Positions 59,175 to 64,000 of a stretch of DNA of 64,000 nucleotides are shown one piece after another. This stretch comes from Microthyrium microscopicum (lineage: Eukaryota). Location of the stretch: assembly GCA_010405405.1 (NCBI GenBank), contig MU004239.1, positions 434,001-498,000 of the forward strand, written 5' to 3'. A program made the translations under genes and the position numbers. Every line of letters starts with the position of its first letter. The stretch's first letter is position 1. The notes under the pieces are model-generated. The model searched no databases. It saw nothing but the letters and a program-made list of their open reading frames with translations, and was not told the DNA's origin.

Positions 59175-59984
59175 TATGCGACGTAATTGATGGCAAACGA
59201 CTAGTGCTTTGCGTTAGAGGCTAAGTGTTGTGCTGGACTGTGCAGTTTCGCGTCCTCACAGTAAATAGAAGTCGGGTACTTCGAGGTCAACGTGAATGAA
59301 GCAACGTGTGATTGTTTAATGTTGAGGTTGGTAGGTAGCAGTACTCTATGAGAACGGAAGTGGATAGAGAAGCACCTCAAAGGTACGAATTCAGTGGTAG
59401 CGAATGGGTGCACATTGAAAAGATGCTGACGTGAAGGCGATGATGATTGCTCACTTCTAGGCGTCTGCATGCATGATAAAGCCAAACACGATCATTGGTA
59501 GACCATTGGTGTTCTAGATCAGCAATCGAAAGTAACTATCCAATCGGAGGATTTCCATACTGCGCAAGGACTTAAGGAGACATGGTGGTGGATCTTACCC
59601 CAGTTCTAGCAAGGATTTGAGATGATGTGAACACGGCAATTATTGCTGCCGTTTAGCTTTCAACTCCTTGTCGAGTCCTCCCGTTACAGTCATTCCGAAA
59701 GACTATTTTGAAATGGTCATATATAAAACTTTCAGCGACTTGAACAGCAAGGAATCTTGATTTATGACTCTTTGAATTTCGCCAGAAGAACTGATCAAGA
59801 TGGCTCAAACAGGTGTTGTTAAAGCAAGCTCTTAAACTTTAAGGTGATAGGAGAAACCTGCTTCAATTTGCTATCAAGAAGATCTTGCTACGCACACCAC
59901 ATTAGAGCGTATACAAAACGACACCAAAGATAAGATCGATCGTGTTATACAGTCAAAATCTGTGTAAAAAATCCAAAGATGAAA

Positions 59985-60429
59985 TCAAGTCTCCTCGAAA
60001 GGGTTCATTCCTGCACTTGAACAGGCAGAACAGGCGGGTAGATCATTGACATTCAATTTCGAAAAGTCGACGTCCATGCCAGTCGAATGTTGTGGCAATT
60101 CCTTCACGGCATGATAATTCATGTGTCCCATTCTTCGGTGCCATAGCATCGCCGCTTCAATAACCTTGGGATCGGTGGTATTTCTCTCTAGAGCAAATAT
60201 GTTAGTCATTAATAACGAATATGATGAACGTGGCATTACTGTATTTAGCTTCAAATTCAGCTTGCTGTTCTTCGCGGAACCCATCAATCAGTTTCTTGGC
60301 TTCATCAATGTCCTCAGGGAATTTCAGGCCGTAGGAAATCATGAATTGTGGCATGCCATCATAACCGGCGTCTTTCAACCATTTCGAATCGGACTTGTAT
60401 TTGGGTTCGATCACCTCTAGAACAACCAT
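59985..60429 (-). CDS. 130-aa protein: small helical domain fused to a GAG-pre-integrase-like Zn motif (intron 60239-60188)
   Basis: The GTAATG...GACTAAC...CTAG intron joins AEFEAKY-K-RNTTDPKV in frame. C-terminal LWHRRMGHMN...CSAC; N-terminal WLKDAGYDGMPQFMISYGLK. Confidence 0.8.
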
Positions 60430-60837
60430 GATGAGACACGAGAAGCGCTGCAGGAGAACTGTATAGTCTTGCTTGAGAAATAATTACAGAAATACGAAGG
60501 AGAGAGTATTGATTCTGAGAGGTGGAGTAGTGGGTATATAACTTCAAGTTAGTAAAGAAGATATCGAGCAATGCGGGGAAAGTTAAGTACAAGTACGGTA
60601 CATTTGCGTCAACTGCATTTCTACCCCTTACTCTCCCCTGTCCTGCCTTGTCAGCGGAAACAAATACCTTGCGCACGGTATGTATTATATGCCAGCAACG
60701 TAAACCCCTGACTTGTATACACTCGAATGCTGGCTCCACATTCAATATCGCACTTGTCATAGACTCATAGTCTGTGGTTTTGAGAAGTCGCTTTCATTTA
60801 CCTACCGTAAACTGCTATCGCTAAGGTCAACCTCCAA

Positions 60838-62650
60838 ATGGGATCCAGCAACTCGGTAGAAGAAACGCTGCAAGCTGAGCCCAGGCAAGCAGGGCCATTT
60901 GGCGTGGATCTTTCTGACCTTCCACCGGCAGCGCCTAGGACTCTTGACTGGGAAAAATGTGCTCATTTACACAACACGATTTTGGGAATGGCATGGGCCA
61001 CATTAGGTGAGAATAGAAAACCACGGTCGTGGTGGGACCACTATTTTGGCGTTCGAGATGCTGGTAAGCTTTCATATTCCAGGTGTAGGAGATCACCATC
61101 TATTAACATATTTAAAGGTAGTGCACCGTTGATGGATGATTATAATTCAGCCACCGCCAACGAACTGGAGGAGCGTTTGCCAGATGCTCTGATCTGTTTC
61201 TTGAAATCAGCTGGCCACGAGTACCCACAATCAAATGACGATTCACACTTCTTTTACTACCTTAAAGAACTTTGTAGTCCCACTACTATTTTGGCGTCTT
61301 TGAAAGGAGAATGGGAGCATTGTTGGGAGATAAAAGATCGCTACATATGCTTATACGATAACATTTATGAAGGCTTTGTCGTGTAAGTCATCCGTCAACT
61401 CACTAATACTCTAGGTGTATGCTCACGTTAAGGTATATTGAGTTTGGACATAATAGAGATGAAAGCACGGCAGTCAGATGATTATGACCACGAATACCGT
61501 GAGGTAGTGTTGGAAGAAATTGGAGAGGGAGCCGCGACATGGCCAACTTTCGAGTCGATGCTTGAAGCATTTGTCGATATGGTGGCTCAGGGTCGGATCA
61601 CAGCGCTCGACAAAGACCCTGAACTTCCAGCACAAGAACACCCTCAAGATGACTGGATAATGAATCTGCAAATGGACGTACCGTGGTATCTGGAAACAAT
61701 GCACGACGAGAAAGTTGTCGATAGAGCAGTCTCAGCATGGCACGACTTGCTATCAGTTATCAGCTCTCGTCTACCTACACCCGCCGTTATGACTGAACCT
61801 CAGTATTATGGTAAGCAGTGCATCAACGAATGCAACGTTCCAGGTCTGTTCATCAGAAAGTTCTTGCGAAGAATTGCTCTCCCTTCCTTCACATATATCG
61901 CCCCAGGGCTACGAGTGCCATCTCCCGACGAACTGTCCAAACAACCTTTCAAAGACAAAACTCACGCGGATTTCCCAAAATGTCCTGGCATCAAGTGGAG
62001 AAAACCTCGCCAGTTTTTATACTACCCGTTTATCTTGCTTCGCACGGGAAAAATGCTTTCGCAGGAGAAAAACCAACCTGTAAGTGTTCTAGGGAAGAAC
62101 ATCCTCCTATCGCCCTGTCACTGCTCAGCCCATTATGCCTTTGAAATATAGCTAGTGATCAGTTAGGTAGCACCGCTCCGGCTCTCTTGATCTTTCAAAT
62201 AACCATTTCTAGGTTAGCACTGACATCATACTCCATGGCGATCCATGGCAATACAGCTCAACGTTTGAAGCTGGGCTCTATCTTCTACCTTCTGCGGCAA
62301 TGGAGCGACCAGATGGCTGCAGACTATTGCTTCCATATCCACTCACGCCTCAAAAGTGGGTCAAGTACGGCTCTGGTGATTTGCTTCACAAAGAGGATAG
62401 ATTTGATGGTCTATATCAGGGCCAACGTCAAAGTCGAGGCATGCGGCACTACCTTCTTCTTGGTGAACCACAAGATCCGTGCTCGGAATGGTGCCTGCGT
62501 CTAGAGCTTTTGCTACAAAATTGGAAAGATATGGTTGAGAAGGGTCATTGGAAAGTTGATGCAGATGGAGTGGCAGGAGGAATCGATATGTTCAAAGAAG
62601 CTGATTCGGAAGACAAGTGGGACTTGTATCATGTCCCGAAAACTTGGTGA
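60838..62650 (+). CDS. Multi-exon hypothetical fungal protein
   Basis: Three consecutive ORFs linked by introns (61064-61117, 61383-~61442 with uncertain acceptor, 62080-62212). Motifs LDWEKCAHLHNTIL, DGCRLLLP, LLQNWKDMVEKGHWKVDADGVAGGID. Confidence 0.75.
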
Positions 62651-63614
62651 GCTAGTGCCTACAATGAGTGTACTCGATATGTTTCTGCTCAACCAGCAGT
62701 AACCTAAAGATATCAAAGAAACACAATCTGCTTGCCTGCTAAGATGTAGGTGTTGCTCTCGTCATTGCACACTAACTTGATATAATCTACCTGTCAAAGT
62801 CTTTGTCGAATTTGAACCATGTATTCTTTTGTGAATATCCCCATTACTTACGGATTATCATTCCAAGTTCATGAGAGCTGTTTACGTCTCTGGTGACATA
62901 GGTAATCTCCCAACCAGGTAAATAAAGAGTACAATGGTGCCCTATTTGAGCCTCTGATGATCGCGAGTACCGTTAGATTTACAGGACGTAACTGCACAGA
63001 TCTGTGAATTGTGGCGAGTCAAGAGAATATCAGGGTTGATGTTATATCATAGAGTGATGTGTTATATGATCAAGCTTTCGGATCAGTCCATGATCTACGA
63101 ACGATCTAACTAACACACATTTCTTAACATGACTTCCAAGCAAGTATTACACTTACACTATAGCATACATTGAAGGCATACGTCAAGGACATTCTAAAGT
63201 ACTGTTTATGAAAGCGGGCCAAATCACGCGGGCCGCGCAACGAGTCGGATGTTCCGATTGTAGGGGAATGGCAAGGTTAGGTTACGATCTCCAGATTTAT
63301 GAAGCGACTTTGTGCGGCTCAAATCTATAGGTCGACTTTATCCAAAACCAGAAAAATGGATTACATCGTCTAGCCAGCTAACCTGGCTCCCCCGCAATGT
63401 TCTTTATATGTTATTCAGTACTAATGACGGGTATCCCGAAACGAGAGGCCAACAGTAGTTCATGAAAGTAGTGAAATTAGTGAGAACAATATCAACCCTA
63501 GATGACCTTTAGAGATGACATATAATAGAGACAAAGACCCTTTCCGCCTTGTCTTTGAAAAGCTATCCCAACAACTAATCGCAAAGTCACTCCTTTTCAA
63601 AGTCAGATATCATC

Positions 63615-64000
63615 ATGCGTTCGTCAATTGCAGCAATTCAGGTCCTCGCGGCCGTCACAGCGGTTGTAGAAGCTCAAGCAGCTGGAGGAAGTGGAAAATA
63701 CAAGGCTACATATACCACGGTTCCCGGATTTGCGAAGCATACTATCTACGCACCAGCAACTCCTCCCGCTGAGAAGCTTCCTATGATCACTTGGGGTAAC
63801 TCTGGATGCGCCGGAGACGGAGTGGGATTCGCTACTTTCCTCACCGAGCTCGCTAGCCACGGATACGTTGTTGTCGTCAGTGGATCTGGAAGCAACTTCA
63901 ACTCTCAGTCAACGAATAAAGATATGCAAGACTCCATTACTTGGGCCTCATCGCCAGGTGCGGCCAAGTACAACATCGATACTTCCAAGATTGCCACTTC
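63615..64000 (+). CDS. Secreted alpha/beta hydrolase, 5' part (runs off the window)
   Basis: MRSSIAAIQVLAAVTAVVEAQ signal peptide, then GGSGKYKA, HTIYAP, LPMITWGNSGC, FLTELASHGYVVV, IDTSKIAT. The frame is open to the window end. Confidence 0.82.
   Translation, partial: MRSSIAAIQVLAAVTAVVEAQAAGGSGKYKATYTTVPGFAKHTIYAPATPPAEKLPMITWGNSGCAGDGVGFATFLTELASHGYVVVVSGSGSNFNSQSTNKDMQDSITWASSPGAAKYNIDTSKIAT

Noticed and set aside
53081..60429. RNase H and pre-integrase genes as remnants of a single retrotransposon
   Set aside because: No RT, integrase core or LTRs, and no RIP. The RNase H motifs look cellular (DGGCRGNG) and the pre-integrase gene has a spliceosomal intron.

Overview
Filamentous ascomycete (Pezizomycotina) genomic DNA in three compartments. 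(1) 1-26.7 kb is gene-dense: a partial hypothetical gene, a MOSC/FAD/2Fe-2S oxidoreductase, PEX1, MPC1, MDM31, PNO1, a GMC oxidoreductase, an acidic LRR-like gene head-to-head with a HET-NB-ARC-TPR NLR-like gene, and a Kip2/KipA kinesin. (2) 26740-51086 is an AT-rich, RIP-mutated block that is one hAT transposon, bounded by TIRs and a perfect 8-bp TSD (TCTGGTAG). It carries a transposase relic and a divergent 6-exon passenger gene separated by a 175-bp palindrome that looks like a bidirectional promoter. Nested in it are an ORF1-only LINE-like element and a Tad1-type LINE (16-bp TSD), which itself contains a chromodomain Ty3/Gypsy element with an apparent self-priming PBS. (3) 51.1-64 kb is un-RIPped and accessory-looking. 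It holds a co-oriented array of three RNase H-fold genes (one catalytically intact, one dead with an in-frame TAG, one 911-aa double pseudo-RNase H with repeats), a spliced gene with a GAG-pre-integrase motif, a multi-exon hypothetical gene and the start of a secreted alpha/beta hydrolase. All family assignments are from motif recognition by eye; no searches were run. Relic coordinates are approximate and two N gaps limit size estimates.
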